This document shows, piece after piece, positions 27,463 to 37,532 of a stretch of DNA of 64,000 nucleotides. The stretch lies in the NCBI GenBank assembly GCA_000092065.1, contig CP000595.1. One strand, written 5' to 3'. Made by a program: the position numbers and the translations under genes. The notes under the pieces were generated by a model that had not been told where the DNA came from, searched no databases, and worked only from the letters and a program-made list of their open reading frames with translations. Every line of letters begins with the position of its first letter. Position 1 is the stretch's first letter. The DNA comes from Ostreococcus lucimarinus (taxonomy: Eukaryota).

Positions 27463-28785
27463 TCACGCCGCGTCGGCGAACACAGGTAACGCACAGCGCT
27501 TCCAATGATCGTCCCACGTTTGCTCTCCCCATTTCGCCGCGCCGTGTTTCAACGCTCTGAGCGTGAGGCGTTCGTCGCCACGGAGAAGTTTCGCGAACAT
27601 CGCCGCGAGTTCGGTGGCGTCGGCAAAGAGCACGCCGTTGACGCCCTCTTGCACGAGCTCTCCGATGACAGCGTACCGCATCGCGGCGACGGGTAACGAT
27701 GCCCCAAACATATCCACAATTTTCATCGGTAAATCTAAACCGCTGCTCGAGGTGTGCAGGGAGACGCCCAGGTGCGCGTTCGCGAGCGCGCGCGGATAGT
27801 CAGCGGCGTCGAGCCAGACGGTTCGAAACGCCACGTGCTCGAGCGCGAGTTCGTTAATCTTCTTCTCGTACATCGTCTTTCGTGGGCCTTGACCGGTGAT
27901 AATTATGACGATGTCAGGGTACGACTTTGACGCATGATCGCCCTTCGCGCGCTTGCGCGCGTCGTACGCGACGGCGGCGTCAAGCAAAACGCCAAAGTCT
28001 TCATCCGGCGTCCACGACGTCGAACTCACGATGAACCTCGGCTTATTCTTCGTCATATTCTCGTGCGTGCCCCGCAAAAACCGATCGAGCGCGTCCTCAC
28101 TCCGCGCGACGGGCGAAGCCTCCAGCGCCGAGCGCGCGGGTTCGCTTCTCCAAAATTCCAACGGCGTCGTCGCCTCGCGCGCCGCCTCTCGAAATCGCTC
28201 CGCCGCGCGGTCTTCCACGACGCGCGCGCCCTCAATCTTCCATTCTTTCTCCAAAAAGTTTCCCATCGCCTTCGTCACGCACACGTGCGCGTCTCCCCAC
28301 ATCTTTCCCTGCGTCCGTTCGTACCATTTCAACATTCGCGTCGTCGCGCTCGCGTCGCCGCGCTTCATCCCGAACAGCGTGTACGCGAAATTATGCCAGT
28401 CCACCACCAACCGCGTCCGTCGCGCGCGACACACGATTCCGCACACCAAAAACGTCGGCACGCACGGCGGGTTCTGTATCAGCATCTCTTCGCACCGCTG
28501 CATCGTCATCAGGATCCAAAACAAGTGCGCGCACTGCGCCGCGACGCGCGTCCCGAGCGCGAGCGCGAGCGGGACGCGCGTCAACCACCGCCACCGACAT
28601 CCCACGACGTAACGCATCGTCACCGCGTCTTCGCGAGACAGCGCATCGATCGGAGGCGTGCCCGAGTAACACACGACGTCGACGGCGCGATCCGCGTCGC
28701 GCGCGAGCGACAGCGCGTGGTATTGCATTCGAGGCGAACGACCAAAGTCGCCCAAAACCACGAGCGCGGTGCGTCGTTTCGTCAT
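27463..28785 (-). CDS. ALG1: chitobiosyldiphosphodolichol beta-1,4-mannosyltransferase (ALG1-like, GT1 fold)
   Basis: The N-terminal ALG1 hallmark …ALVVLGDFGRSPRMQYHALSLA… plus a glycosyltransferase group-1 C-terminal domain. The track ORF extends to 29142 through low-complexity sequence; the ATG at 28785 (MTKRRTALVV…) gives a typical 441-aa ALG1. Confidence 0.85.
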   Translation of the reverse strand: MTKRRTALVVLGDFGRSPRMQYHALSLARDADRAVDVVCYSGTPPIDALSREDAVTMRYVVGCRWRWLTRVPLALALGTRVAAQCAHLFWILMTMQRCEEMLIQNPPCVPTFLVCGIVCRARRTRLVVDWHNFAYTLFGMKRGDASATTRMLKWYERTQGKMWGDAHVCVTKAMGNFLEKEWKIEGARVVEDRAAERFREAAREATTPLEFWRSEPARSALEASPVARSEDALDRFLRGTHENMTKNKPRFIVSSTSWTPDEDFGVLLDAAVAYDARKRAKGDHASKSYPDIVIIITGQGPRKTMYEKKINELALEHVAFRTVWLDAADYPRALANAHLGVSLHTSSSGLDLPMKIVDMFGASLPVAAMRYAVIGELVQEGVNGVLFADATELAAMFAKLLRGDERLTLRALKHGAAKWGEQTWDDHWKRCALPVFADAA

Positions 28786-28951
28786 CGCGGCGCGCGCGCG
28801 GGCGCGAGCGGGCGCGTCGAGGTCGCGCGCGCGCGCGGGCCGCGTCGGGACGCGGCGAAGACGCGCGGTCGCGCGCGGCGAGAAGTGCGGCGCCGCGCTC
28901 GCCAGTGGGCGAGATATTATTGATAATCTTTCGCATCGTCGCGCGCTCTGG

Positions 28952-29764
28952 TCATCGACGGGCGAACTTACCCTTACCGCGTCCGCCGCCGCGTCCGCCG
29001 CCGCGTCCGCCGCCGCGTCCGCCGCGACGGGCGTCTCGCGCGTCTTCAAATTTGGCCTCCTTGGCGTTCGCCTTGCGCTTGGACCCTGGCAACGCGTCGC
29101 TGTCGTCGCTGCTGTCGTCGCTGCTATCGTCGTCCGACGCATCGTCGGATTCAGATTCTTCTTCGTCTGAATCGTCCTGTTCGGAATCCTCGCTCTCGCT
29201 CTCGCTCTCGCTCTCGCTCTCGTCTTCGCCTTCGTCTTCGTCTTCGTCGCTCGCCTCGGCTCGTCTCGCCGCCGCCGCCGCCTTCGCCATCGCCTTCGCC
29301 TTCACCATCATGTCCTCCTCACCGTCGCTCTCACTCTCGCTATCATCGCTCTCGCCGTCTTCTTCGCCGTTACTTTCGCTGTTCTCTTCGCTCTCATCGC
29401 TCGAATCGTCGCCGCCGAGCGACGCCGTCGTCGCCTCGACCCGCCCCGTGAGGCACACCTCCGCCTCGCGTCCGTTGTGCGACACCACCACTCGTTCGCC
29501 GTCGCCGAAGCACAGCCCGGAGCCTCCGATGGCGAACTGTTCGCGTCCGGGCGCGTCGCTCACGCTGCCGAGCGCGATGGCGTCGGTTTTCCCGTCGCCG
29601 CCGCCACCTCTGGTCGCGACTTGGACGGTGATTCTTTCGTCTTTACTCGCGCGTTTCGGGCCCTCGCACGTCAGGGCGACGTGGGTGAGGACGACCATGG
29701 ACCCGCGCGACGGGGTGAAGGCGCGGCCGGCGCCGGCGGGGACGCGGAGTTGGAAGAGTTCCAT
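28952..29764 (-). CDS. nucleoplasmin-like (HD2/HDT-type or FKBP-nucleoplasmin-like) acidic nucleolar protein with C-terminal RGG/GAR repeats
   Basis: N-terminal approx. 110 aa (MELFQLRVPAGAGRAFTP…MVVLTHVALTCEG…KDERITVQVATRG…VVVSHNGREAEVCLTGRVE) follow the pattern of the plant HD2/nucleoplasmin-like N-domain (MEFWG.EV.PG…). Long Asp/Glu/Ser acidic tracts (encoded by (CTCGCT)n-type DNA) and then (RGGG)n follow. Confidence 0.65.
   Translation of the reverse strand: MELFQLRVPAGAGRAFTPSRGSMVVLTHVALTCEGPKRASKDERITVQVATRGGGGDGKTDAIALGSVSDAPGREQFAIGGSGLCFGDGERVVVSHNGREAEVCLTGRVEATTASLGGDDSSDESEENSESNGEEDGESDDSESESDGEEDMMVKAKAMAKAAAAARRAEASDEDEDEGEDESESESESESEDSEQDDSDEEESESDDASDDDSSDDSSDDSDALPGSKRKANAKEAKFEDARDARRGGRGGGRGGGRGGGRGKGKFARR
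28979..29027. repeat. (GCGTCCGCC)n 9-bp tandem repeat, about 5 units
   Basis: gcgtccgccgccgcgtccgccgccgcgtccgccgccgcgtccgccgcg; on the minus strand it encodes the (GGRGG)n glycine-arginine-rich tail of the next gene. Confidence 0.85.
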
Positions 29765-29820
29765 CGCGGCGGCGTGTGCGGCGCGAGGGCGAGCGCGAGG
29801 CGGAGACGCGCGTTACATAA

Positions 29821-30837
29821 TTATGCAAATTTAGTGCGCGCGACGGCGCCGGCGAGGAAGGCGGCGACGACGGTGGCGATGCGCTTGATTTTATCGTCTT
29901 TGCCCGCGCGTTTGGACGATGAGGCGTCGATGGCGTAACGCATGGACCATTGGACGCCGTACGCGTCGAGCATGACGGCTTGCGTGAGACGAAACAAGTC
30001 GCGGGCGGCTTCTTTTTCGTTTTTGAAGATGCTCACCGACTCCACGGAGACGCCGAGGGGAACTTTGGATTGTTTCGTTTCGGCGATGATGCGCTCGCAC
30101 ATGGCGACGAGGATTTCCACGGACTTTTGCGCCGGGTTGTCGGCGCCGAGAATTTCGGCTTCGACGGCTTCCGGGACGGAGCACCCGAGCCACTTGATGA
30201 ATTTCATCGTTTTTTCGCGCCCACACGGGGCAAACGTGAGCACGATGCGCTTGGGTTGGATCCCCCGCCTCTCACACTCCGCACCGTAATCGTTCACGAG
30301 CTTGATCGTCATATCAGCGTCGTAAATGGCTTGAGAAATAAACCACTCCGCGCCCGCATCCGTCTTGGCGCACAGCGTCTCGTGCTCGTTTCCCTTCTTC
30401 GCGTGTCTCTCCGCGATCGTCACCCCACCGAACGCGCATCCCCTCTTAGTCTTCCTCAACATTTCCGCCGCGCGCTGAATCGTCGGTCCGGCGTACTCCT
30501 GACTCGAACTCGCGCCTCCGACGAGATTATACGCGCTCGTCTCTCGCGTGGCTTCGTCGAGCCACGACTGAAATTCGCCCTCGCTCTTCGTCTCCGCCAC
30601 GCACTTGTACACCACGCTCTCCGTCCCACCGCTCGCCTTTCGCAGCGCCGCGGCGAACGCGCCCGGATCATCGAGCTTTCGAAACGGAAACGGTCTCGCG
30701 TCCGCCGTGCGTCCGGCTTCTTCTTGAATATCGTACACGATGTACCCGTCGCACGCCAACCCGCGCGACTTTTGCACAAAGTTATCCGCCGCGTCCGCGA
30801 TGGCGTCCGCGGACGATCCTTCCAGCGGCGGCGTCAC
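29821..30837 (-). CDS. methylenetetrahydrofolate-reductase-family (MetF-like TIM-barrel) protein, tentative
   Basis: The central block GAEWFISQAIYDADMTIKLVNDYGAECERRGIQPKRIVLTFAPCG…VPEAV follows the MTHFR family pattern (GA…ITQ.FFD……GI…PI.PGI.P…..IP). The MetF N-terminal FEFFPP motif is not evident, so the function is uncertain. Confidence 0.55.
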   Translation of the reverse strand: MTPPLEGSSADAIADAADNFVQKSRGLACDGYIVYDIQEEAGRTADARPFPFRKLDDPGAFAAALRKASGGTESVVYKCVAETKSEGEFQSWLDEATRETSAYNLVGGASSSQEYAGPTIQRAAEMLRKTKRGCAFGGVTIAERHAKKGNEHETLCAKTDAGAEWFISQAIYDADMTIKLVNDYGAECERRGIQPKRIVLTFAPCGREKTMKFIKWLGCSVPEAVEAEILGADNPAQKSVEILVAMCERIIAETKQSKVPLGVSVESVSIFKNEKEAARDLFRLTQAVMLDAYGVQWSMRYAIDASSSKRAGKDDKIKRIATVVAAFLAGAVARTKFA

Positions 30838-31165
30838 CCCTGACGGCGCGAGCGCGCGTGGCGATGCGCGTCAGTCGCCGCGACGCGCGTTTCGCGTTTC
30901 GCGGTCGATCGCGCCGATGTCGAACGTCGACGCGCGTCCCGCGCGCGGTTGAAAAAGTGATCATCCACGGCGGCGACGCGAATCGCGTCGCGCTTCGCGA
31001 GCGGCGCGACGCGACGGCGAGCGCGACGCACCGAACAGGAACACGGGTCGCGAGGTGTCTTTTAAGGCGTCGACGAGGGTCATGGTGCGGGAAGGCGCGA
31101 GTGGGGCGGTGGACGGCGCGTCCCAGTGTGAGGTTTGGCTTCGGGACGGGACGAGGCGACGCGCG

Positions 31166-31243
31166 GCGAGCGAGCGAGCGAGCGAGCGAGCGAAAGGAAG
31201 AAATGCGTCATTTGATTGAAATGCGATGCGATGCGATGCGATG
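31166..31243. repeat. adjacent microsatellites (GAGC)n and (GCGAT)n
   Basis: gcgagcgagcgagcgagcgagcgagcga (31166–31193) and atgcgatgcgatgcgatgcgatg (31221–31243) in the spacer between the MTHFR-like gene start and the ABC1K 3' end. Confidence 0.85.
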
Positions 31244-31249
31244 TACGAA

Positions 31250-33649
31250 TTATGCGGGCGCGAGAGGAGGGAAGGCGTCGTCGTCGGCGCGCGCGGGTCG
31301 GCGGGTGAAGGTGGCGGCGAACCTGGCGCGGAGGGCGTCGAGGGCGCCGGCGAGCGCGGCCCAGGCGAGCAAGCCGACGATGGAGAGGAAACCGAAGACG
31401 CCGCTGGGGGCGGAGAGCTTGGATCGGAGGAGTAAAACGGCGATGCGTCGTCGTCGACGGTCCATTTGGGCGTTGCAAGCGGCACGCTCGGATCCTTCGT
31501 AGATCTCGCACGCCACGTTCTCGGGGCCGGCGCCGCTGAGCGCGGCGCGAGCGAAGGCGAACGAGGCGGCGAAGAAAGCTCGGAAGGAAAAGTTTGCCAT
31601 AGAGCGGGCGAAAGATGCTCGAGCGACCTTGACGAGCTGTGTGCGAATGCTCGGCGGAGGCAGCATACCTTCCGGACGCGCCTTCATCGCCAAACGTCGC
31701 AACGCGCTCCCGGCGGACGAGTCCACTAAGTCGTTCATCAAGCGATTGATGGCGTCCTTGGCGTGTTCGTCGGCCGTGGACGCCGCGGCGCCGCTTTCAC
31801 CTTGCTCCGCCGCCGTGTTGGCCTGCGCGCTCAACGCCACAAGCTTGGACCAATTCACGTCCCCATCTTTATCCAATAGCATTTGTTCCAACGCCTTCTT
31901 ACCGCGATCCGTTCGCGGCGACAAGGCGCGGAAAATAGCCGTCGGCGCGGCGACTTCGTACATGTTACAGTTGGTGCGCGCGGCGGCGAAATCCAACGTC
32001 GTGAGCGATCGAATGACGAAAACCATGTACGGCGGAAGATTGAACCGATAGGCCGTGGAAATCTTCGTCAAATCCAACACGAGCTCGGTGAAGTTGGCTC
32101 GCACTTTCGGGTTACCCTCTTCGCCGTCCATGCACACTTCAAACGCGCGCCGGAACTCGTCGTCGGAGATGACTTTCCACGACCCCGGACCGCCTTGCGT
32201 GTAATCCGCCTGGTTGCCGTTTTCATCTATCCACATCTGCGGTTCTTGAGGTAACATATCCATTATTCTCAAGTTATCGATCAACTCCCCCCACTGACTG
32301 TTCAAAATGTTCAAAATACAATTCGCCATGGCCTCTTGCTGGTCGTCGTCGACGCGGCAAATGAGGCCAAAGTCGAGCAACGCGAGCTTACCGTCGTCGG
32401 TGAACAACATGTTCCCTTCGTGCGGGTCAGCGTGCACGAGTCCGGTGCGAAACAACTGCGCGGAAGAACACTCCACTCCCATCTGCACCATGAGCTTTTG
32501 CTCTTCCAAGCTGAGCGACTTCATCGGTCGACCTTGAATCCACTGTTGCGTGAGCACCTTCTTCGTCGTCATGTTCGCGTGGTGCCTCGGGACGAAGAGG
32601 TAGTCCAAAAATCGCAAAGACTTTCTAAACTCATCCGCGTTGCGCGCCTCGATTGTGTAATCGAGCTCCTGAAAGATCCCGGCGCCTACTTGGTCGACAA
32701 TCTTGTCCAAATCCTCCGAGCCGTTGAGCCCGGATTCCTCCACCCAACCGAACCCGAGGCGAATGATGTGCAAATCCAACGCGATCCTCCTCGCCATCCC
32801 CGGTCGCTGCACCTTCACCGCCACCTTACTACCATCATGCAACCGTCCAGCGTACACTTGCCCGATGCTCGCCGCCGCGATGGGCTCCGGGCTCAATTCC
32901 TTGTACAAACTATACGCCGGTCCCGGCTTGCTCGCGTCTCGCTCGCAAACCGCGCCGTCCCAACTCAACTCTCTCTTAATGATCGCGTGCGCCTCTTCCG
33001 TAGAAAACGGCCCGACTTGATCTTGCAACACCATTAAATTATCCGCCGCCTCCTCACCGATTATATCCGGTCTCGTGCTCAGCGTCTGCGCCATCTTTAT
33101 AAACACCGGTCCCAACCGCGCGATGCCGTCCCGCAGCTTCTTCCCTCGCGTTCGCCGCTCCAAAGGAATCCCCATCCGTTCCTCGTACTGCCACGTCGCG
33201 TACACCCTTCCGATCACCGACAACACCTCCGCCATGCGTCCCGCGAGTTCGGTCGGGCTCTTCGAAAAGTACGCTCCGATATCCAGCATCTTTCGCGTGA
33301 ACGAGTAGTCGCCGCGAAAGTCGAGCACGACGCGCTCCAGCTCGTCTCGCCCCTTCGCGCTCGTCGCCTCCACCGCCGCTCGCGCCTCGCGCTCGAGCGG
33401 TAACAGGGCATCGTTCGCGGCGTCTTCCGACTCCGCGCGCGGGTCCGCGATCGTCCGCGCGCGCGTTTTATCGCCGCGTTTCGTCGCGAACGACGGGCTC
33501 GAGGTTATCCTCTTCGGCGCGCGCGTTCGAGGCGCGCGCGCGCTGACGCGGACGTCTCGAGGGCGCGACGCGGGCGCGCGGGCGCGCGCGTGACGCGCGC
33601 CGGGCTGGGGCGGCGCGCGCGCGCGCGCCGGAGGGACGTGCGCGCGCAT
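31250..33649 (-). CDS. ABC1/ADCK (aarF-domain) atypical protein kinase, ABC1K-like, with N-terminal presequence and C-terminal hydrophobic segments
   Basis: ABC1 domain motifs (…PIAAASIGQVYAGRLHDGSKVAVKVQRPG…, …GLVHADPHEGNMLFTDDGKLALLDFGL…). The start within the Arg-rich N-terminus is uncertain. Confidence 0.85.
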   Translation of the reverse strand: MRAHVPPARARAPPQPGARHARARAPASRPRDVRVSARAPRTRAPKRITSSPSFATKRGDKTRARTIADPRAESEDAANDALLPLEREARAAVEATSAKGRDELERVVLDFRGDYSFTRKMLDIGAYFSKSPTELAGRMAEVLSVIGRVYATWQYEERMGIPLERRTRGKKLRDGIARLGPVFIKMAQTLSTRPDIIGEEAADNLMVLQDQVGPFSTEEAHAIIKRELSWDGAVCERDASKPGPAYSLYKELSPEPIAAASIGQVYAGRLHDGSKVAVKVQRPGMARRIALDLHIIRLGFGWVEESGLNGSEDLDKIVDQVGAGIFQELDYTIEARNADEFRKSLRFLDYLFVPRHHANMTTKKVLTQQWIQGRPMKSLSLEEQKLMVQMGVECSSAQLFRTGLVHADPHEGNMLFTDDGKLALLDFGLICRVDDDQQEAMANCILNILNSQWGELIDNLRIMDMLPQEPQMWIDENGNQADYTQGGPGSWKVISDDEFRRAFEVCMDGEEGNPKVRANFTELVLDLTKISTAYRFNLPPYMVFVIRSLTTLDFAAARTNCNMYEVAAPTAIFRALSPRTDRGKKALEQMLLDKDGDVNWSKLVALSAQANTAAEQGESGAAASTADEHAKDAINRLMNDLVDSSAGSALRRLAMKARPEGMLPPPSIRTQLVKVARASFARSMANFSFRAFFAASFAFARAALSGAGPENVACEIYEGSERAACNAQMDRRRRRIAVLLLRSKLSAPSGVFGFLSIVGLLAWAALAGALDALRARFAATFTRRPARADDDAFPPLAPA

Positions 33650-33764
33650 CCGTCGCGGTCTGACGAAATGTGCAACGTCACGCGCGGTGCGAGGACGAAT
33701 TGGAGGCGAAATCGACGCGAGCGCCGACGGCGGGCGCGATCGATGCGATGCGACGATACAACGG

Positions 33765-35009
33765 CTAAGGATCGATCTTAAGTTTTTTTGGGGTGTCGAA
33801 GACGGCGTCTGATTCGGCGTCGACGCCGGCGGCGGCTTCGCGGGCGGTTTTGGAAGACGGCTTCGACGCGTTTGGTTTCGATTTCGGCGTCGAGCGAGGG
33901 GTGGCGACGCGCTTTGGCGTGCGGAGCTCTGCGGGCAGGGCGTCTCTGACGTGCTTGAGCTCGGCGATGAAGAGAGCGTTGTGGGCCCAGCCGCAGTAAG
34001 GGCCGAAAATTTCCTTCATCTTGACCTCGATCGAGCGCATGACGCGAGGGGTGACGGATTTGGCGTCGCGTAATTCTGGCATGTAGTGCTCGACGGCGAA
34101 TTGCCACACGTGCGTGTCCACTGGGATCGCCTCGTGCTTGTTCAGGGAGAACAAGCACACGCAAGCGGATACTTTGGGACCGATCCCCGGGAGCGTCATC
34201 AGCGCGGCGTGGGCGTCGACGTACGGCGTTTCGTCGCGAAGCGCGCGCAAGAATTCGTCTGGAGAAGAGCCGACGGCGTCGCCCGCCTCCCCCAAAGCCG
34301 CCGCGGAGCCGACGATGAATTTGGCGCGATAACCAAAACCCAACGCTCGTAATTCCTCCTCCGTCGCGCCGTCAAGAATCTGCGCAACGCTCGGAAACGC
34401 ATAAAATTTCTCCGCCTCGGCCGCCGCCGCGGTCTCTTCGCCGCCGTTCTCGTCTCCATCATCATCATCCTCTTCTAAATCCCGCGTCGTCACCGGCAAC
34501 GCGTCTCCGTAGTGTACACACATCTTATTCACCATCCCGTGTATCCTCGAGATGTGATTATTGCTCGAACAAATAAAACTAAACAAGCACTCGCTCGGAT
34601 CCTGCCTTAACATCCGAGCGCCGTCCACGTGCGCCGCGAGCGCTCGAAACCTCCCATCCTTCGCCGCAAACTCCTCGTACAGCCTCTCCAGCGACACGTC
34701 CGCGTTAAAATATTCCCTCATCACCCTTCGATCGTCCGTCGCGCTCTCCCATCGCGGTCGACAGTACACTTTATATTCCACCTCGCCTCGCTCGCCGTCG
34801 TCGACTTCCCGCACTCGCACCACGCGTCGTCCGACGACGCCGACGTACTCTCGTCCGTCCTCGCGACCTCGCGCGCGCCAACGGAAGCTCTGTCCCGTGG
34901 GCAGCGTGTGCTTCAGCCGAAGTTCGCGCGTCGCGAGTCCGAGCGGCGTCCAGGTCGCGTCGAGGCACTTCGCCACGTCGCCGCCGCCGTCGCCGTCGCG
35001 CGCGTCCAT
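33765..35009 (-). CDS. OGG1: 8-oxoguanine DNA glycosylase / AP lyase (OGG1, HhH-GPD family)
   Basis: OGG1 N-domain (…LRLKHTLPTGQSFRW…), …MLRQDPSECLFSFICSSNNHISRIHGMVNKMCVHYG…, the HhH-GPD block LPGIGPKVSACVCLFSLNKHEAIPVDTHVWQ with catalytic Lys and Asp. The track ORF runs to 35240; the ATG at 35009 (MDARDGDGGGDV…) is the more plausible start. Confidence 0.9.
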   Translation of the reverse strand: MDARDGDGGGDVAKCLDATWTPLGLATRELRLKHTLPTGQSFRWRARGREDGREYVGVVGRRVVRVREVDDGERGEVEYKVYCRPRWESATDDRRVMREYFNADVSLERLYEEFAAKDGRFRALAAHVDGARMLRQDPSECLFSFICSSNNHISRIHGMVNKMCVHYGDALPVTTRDLEEDDDDGDENGGEETAAAAEAEKFYAFPSVAQILDGATEEELRALGFGYRAKFIVGSAAALGEAGDAVGSSPDEFLRALRDETPYVDAHAALMTLPGIGPKVSACVCLFSLNKHEAIPVDTHVWQFAVEHYMPELRDAKSVTPRVMRSIEVKMKEIFGPYCGWAHNALFIAELKHVRDALPAELRTPKRVATPRSTPKSKPNASKPSSKTAREAAAGVDAESDAVFDTPKKLKIDP

Positions 35010-35551
35010 CGTCGTCGCGCGCTCGGTCGCGCGCGACGCCGCGCGGCGACGCGCGCTCGGTCGCGCGCGCGCGATCGACCGGGCGAGCGCGAGCGGCCGC
35101 GCGCGCATGCGCGTCGGCGTGTGCGACGCACCGCGGTCGCGCGATGAATCGGCAACGGAATCAGCCCGTCGCGACGATCGCGCGCGCGCGTCGTCGTCGT
35201 CGCGCCGACGCGATTCGGAACCGACCGAGACCGCGAACACAAATTTTCGCGAGCCCGACCGCGCGCGCGCGCGCCGACGCGACGCGAGGGCGGTGTTAAC
35301 GCGCGCGCTTTCGCGAGCCTCGCGAAAAGATGGGAAAAACGCACGAAACGGCGCGCTCGAGACGACACACGGCGACGCGCGGTGCGCGACGACGACGAGA
35401 GACGATGCCGGTGGCGCAAATAAAGGTGCGCGCGCGTCGTCGAGCGCGCGTCGTCGAGTGCGCGCGCGTCGTCGTCGACTCGGTGGATTGAACGCGCGTC
35501 GTCTCTGTGCGCCTCGAGACTGACGATTCGTTTCTCGCGAAAATATCGCAG

Positions 35552-35872
35552 ATGATTCACGCCGGACCGTGGGGCAAGAGCGGGTCGATCATTCACGTGA
35601 ACGTGGAACACGACGATTTTAAGTCGGACATCAAGCGCAGGGTGTCGAACGCGACGGGGATTCCGGTGCCGGAGTTGAAATTAATCATGGCTTCTCCCAC
35701 GCAGATCGCGGCGGGGAGCAAGAGATGTCCGGGGTTGGCGTACGGAAACTGCGGCGTCGTCGATAAGGTTGGCTTAGCCGTGGTGCAGGCAGAAAGCGGG
35801 GAGAACCCGTTCGTCCCGAAGTTGTCGCCGAACCGCGTGGACAATAAAGGGAACTGGACGAGCGTTGATTGA
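35552..35872 (+). CDS. possible small protein (about 106 aa) with a ubiquitin-like/beta-grasp-looking segment; very tentative
   Basis: The ORF lies in a GC-poorer pocket between convergent and divergent neighbours; the segment …GSIIHVNVEHDDFKSDIKRRVSNATGIPVPELKLIMASPTQ… has ubiquitin-fold-like periodicity. The track start (35507) is GTG; the first ATG is at 35552. No recognisable family match. Confidence 0.3.
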   Translation: MIHAGPWGKSGSIIHVNVEHDDFKSDIKRRVSNATGIPVPELKLIMASPTQIAAGSKRCPGLAYGNCGVVDKVGLAVVQAESGENPFVPKLSPNRVDNKGNWTSVD

Positions 35873-35934
35873 ACCGAGGCGTCTTATTCGAAAGTAGATT
35901 ACATCTCGTCCGTTTGCGTTCGTTCGTTCATCGT

Positions 35935-37284
35935 CTATTCGTGATCGTACTGGTAATCTTCAAAGTCATTGTACATCAGCTTCCCATCCACGTCGCAATG
36001 CACGGCGTCGAAGCAAAGCTTGCAGAAAAAGCTCGGGCTCTCCGCCGCGAGTTTGTCGCCGTACGTGACGTGAGAGCTATCGAACACGCCGCACACGGAG
36101 CATCCTCGTCTATACACGCGCCCTTCGCGAATGACTAAAGGAAACATTTCGTTCCGCGTTTCGTCGTCCGAATGCGGCATGCGCACGTCTCGAACGCGCC
36201 ATTTGTGCTCGCATTTGCCTTGATGCGTCATCACGTACGGGCGCCCAATCGTCAGCGGCACTTGGCTGAACTTCACCCCTTCCATGTCTCGCGCGGTGAA
36301 CCCCTTGCCCTCGTTGTTCATCTTAACCGGCGCTCCCGGCGCCATGAGCGCGTTTTTCTTTTGAAATTCTATGAGATGCTCGGAGTAATCAGTCGCGCCC
36401 GGCGTCCGCATGTCGTTGTAAAACACGCCTTCGATGAAGAGAAATCCATTCTTCGACGGCGGATGCCCCTCGCGCGCGGCTTGGACGTCTCTGAGGCAGT
36501 ATATCATATCCTTGAACGCCGCCAACGGCGTGGACCCGCGCACGATGACGTCCATCAGCAAGTATCCCTGTTTGACCGGGTGATACAGTTCGATCCAAAT
36601 CATCGCCTCCTCCCCCGTCGGCGTCGCCGCGGCGTCGTGGCGAACACCGCCAACCTCGCAATCAAACAGCTCGCGCGCCTTCCACATCACCTGCGTCACG
36701 TCCACTTCTTTTCGCAACAGCGCCCGTTTGTAATCTCTCGCCTCCAATTGCTTATGTTCCAACTCAACCTCCCGCATCGACGCCAACGGTGCCATGGCCG
36801 TCTGCTCGCTCAGATGCTTCGTCATCAACCGCGCTTTCTCCGCCTTCTGCGCCTCCTCCTGAAACGTCAACTGATGATTCTTCGCCCCCGTCCCTCGATG
36901 ATTCCGCGCGCGGCCCGCGTCCTCCTCCACCGACGGCACGCTCGGCATCAACGACTCGATCGCCCGCTCCAGCGTCACCGCGCGATGCGTTTCCATCTCG
37001 ATATCATCCTCCTCGATCGCCGTTCGACGCTTCCGTCCCTTTCCCGCCTTTTTCGTCCTCGCGCTCGCCTCGCGCGCCGCGCTCGACGCCTCCGCCGCGT
37101 CCCGCAACCGTTTCACCGCCCGATGCGCCTCCTCGCAGAACCGTTTCGCGTCCTTCGTCCGCTCGGCCGCTCGCCCGATCGTCAGTCTTCGCTCGCGTCG
37201 CCTCTCCGCGTCGCTCTCGCGCCCTCGCGCGTCCGCGAGCCGCGTCGAAAGATTCGAATTCGCCGTTCGGTCGTCGCACCTCAA
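35935..37284 (-). CDS. snRNA-activating protein complex subunit 3 (SNAPC3/SNAP50, SRD2-like), tentative
   Basis: C-terminal region …LYHPVKQGYLLMDVIVRGSTPLAAFKDMIYC…GKCEHKWRVRDVRM…RGCSVCGVFDSSHVTYGDKLAAESPSFFCKLCFDAVHCDVDG… has the characteristic SNAP50 zinc-binding C-terminal domain pattern. Confidence 0.55.
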   Translation of the reverse strand: MRCDDRTANSNLSTRLADARGRESDAERRRERRLTIGRAAERTKDAKRFCEEAHRAVKRLRDAAEASSAAREASARTKKAGKGRKRRTAIEEDDIEMETHRAVTLERAIESLMPSVPSVEEDAGRARNHRGTGAKNHQLTFQEEAQKAEKARLMTKHLSEQTAMAPLASMREVELEHKQLEARDYKRALLRKEVDVTQVMWKARELFDCEVGGVRHDAAATPTGEEAMIWIELYHPVKQGYLLMDVIVRGSTPLAAFKDMIYCLRDVQAAREGHPPSKNGFLFIEGVFYNDMRTPGATDYSEHLIEFQKKNALMAPGAPVKMNNEGKGFTARDMEGVKFSQVPLTIGRPYVMTHQGKCEHKWRVRDVRMPHSDDETRNEMFPLVIREGRVYRRGCSVCGVFDSSHVTYGDKLAAESPSFFCKLCFDAVHCDVDGKLMYNDFEDYQYDHE

Positions 37285-37532
37285 TCTCCTCTCCCGGCTT
37301 CGCGTGCGGCGCCTCGGGCGGGCAGTGCCGCGCCAGCCGCGCGCGCGACTCCGCGTGGTGTCGCAGCGCGTCGCTCGGGGTGACGATGGTCGTGTCCGCG
37401 ATCGCGCGCGACATCGAGCGCGTCGAGGCGTGACGATCGATGGTCGACGCGGCGCCGATCGTCACCTCGCGACGCGAACTCCCGTCGACGACGCGCGAGC
37501 GACGCGCGACGCGACGCGCGACGACGGCGCGG

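Noticed and set aside
28905-29834. 309-aa proline/serine-rich ORF on the plus strand (PRPPPRPPP…SSLLSS…)
   Set aside because: It is the antisense reading of the acidic/GAR simple-sequence region of the nucleoplasmin-like gene. The minus-strand frame has the structured N-terminal domain.
30858-31502. ORFs 30858..31502+ and 30961..31485- in the spacer between the MTHFR-like and ABC1K genes
   Set aside because: Pro/Ser/Arg low-complexity translations spanning microsatellite DNA. More likely UTR or promoter sequence than coding.
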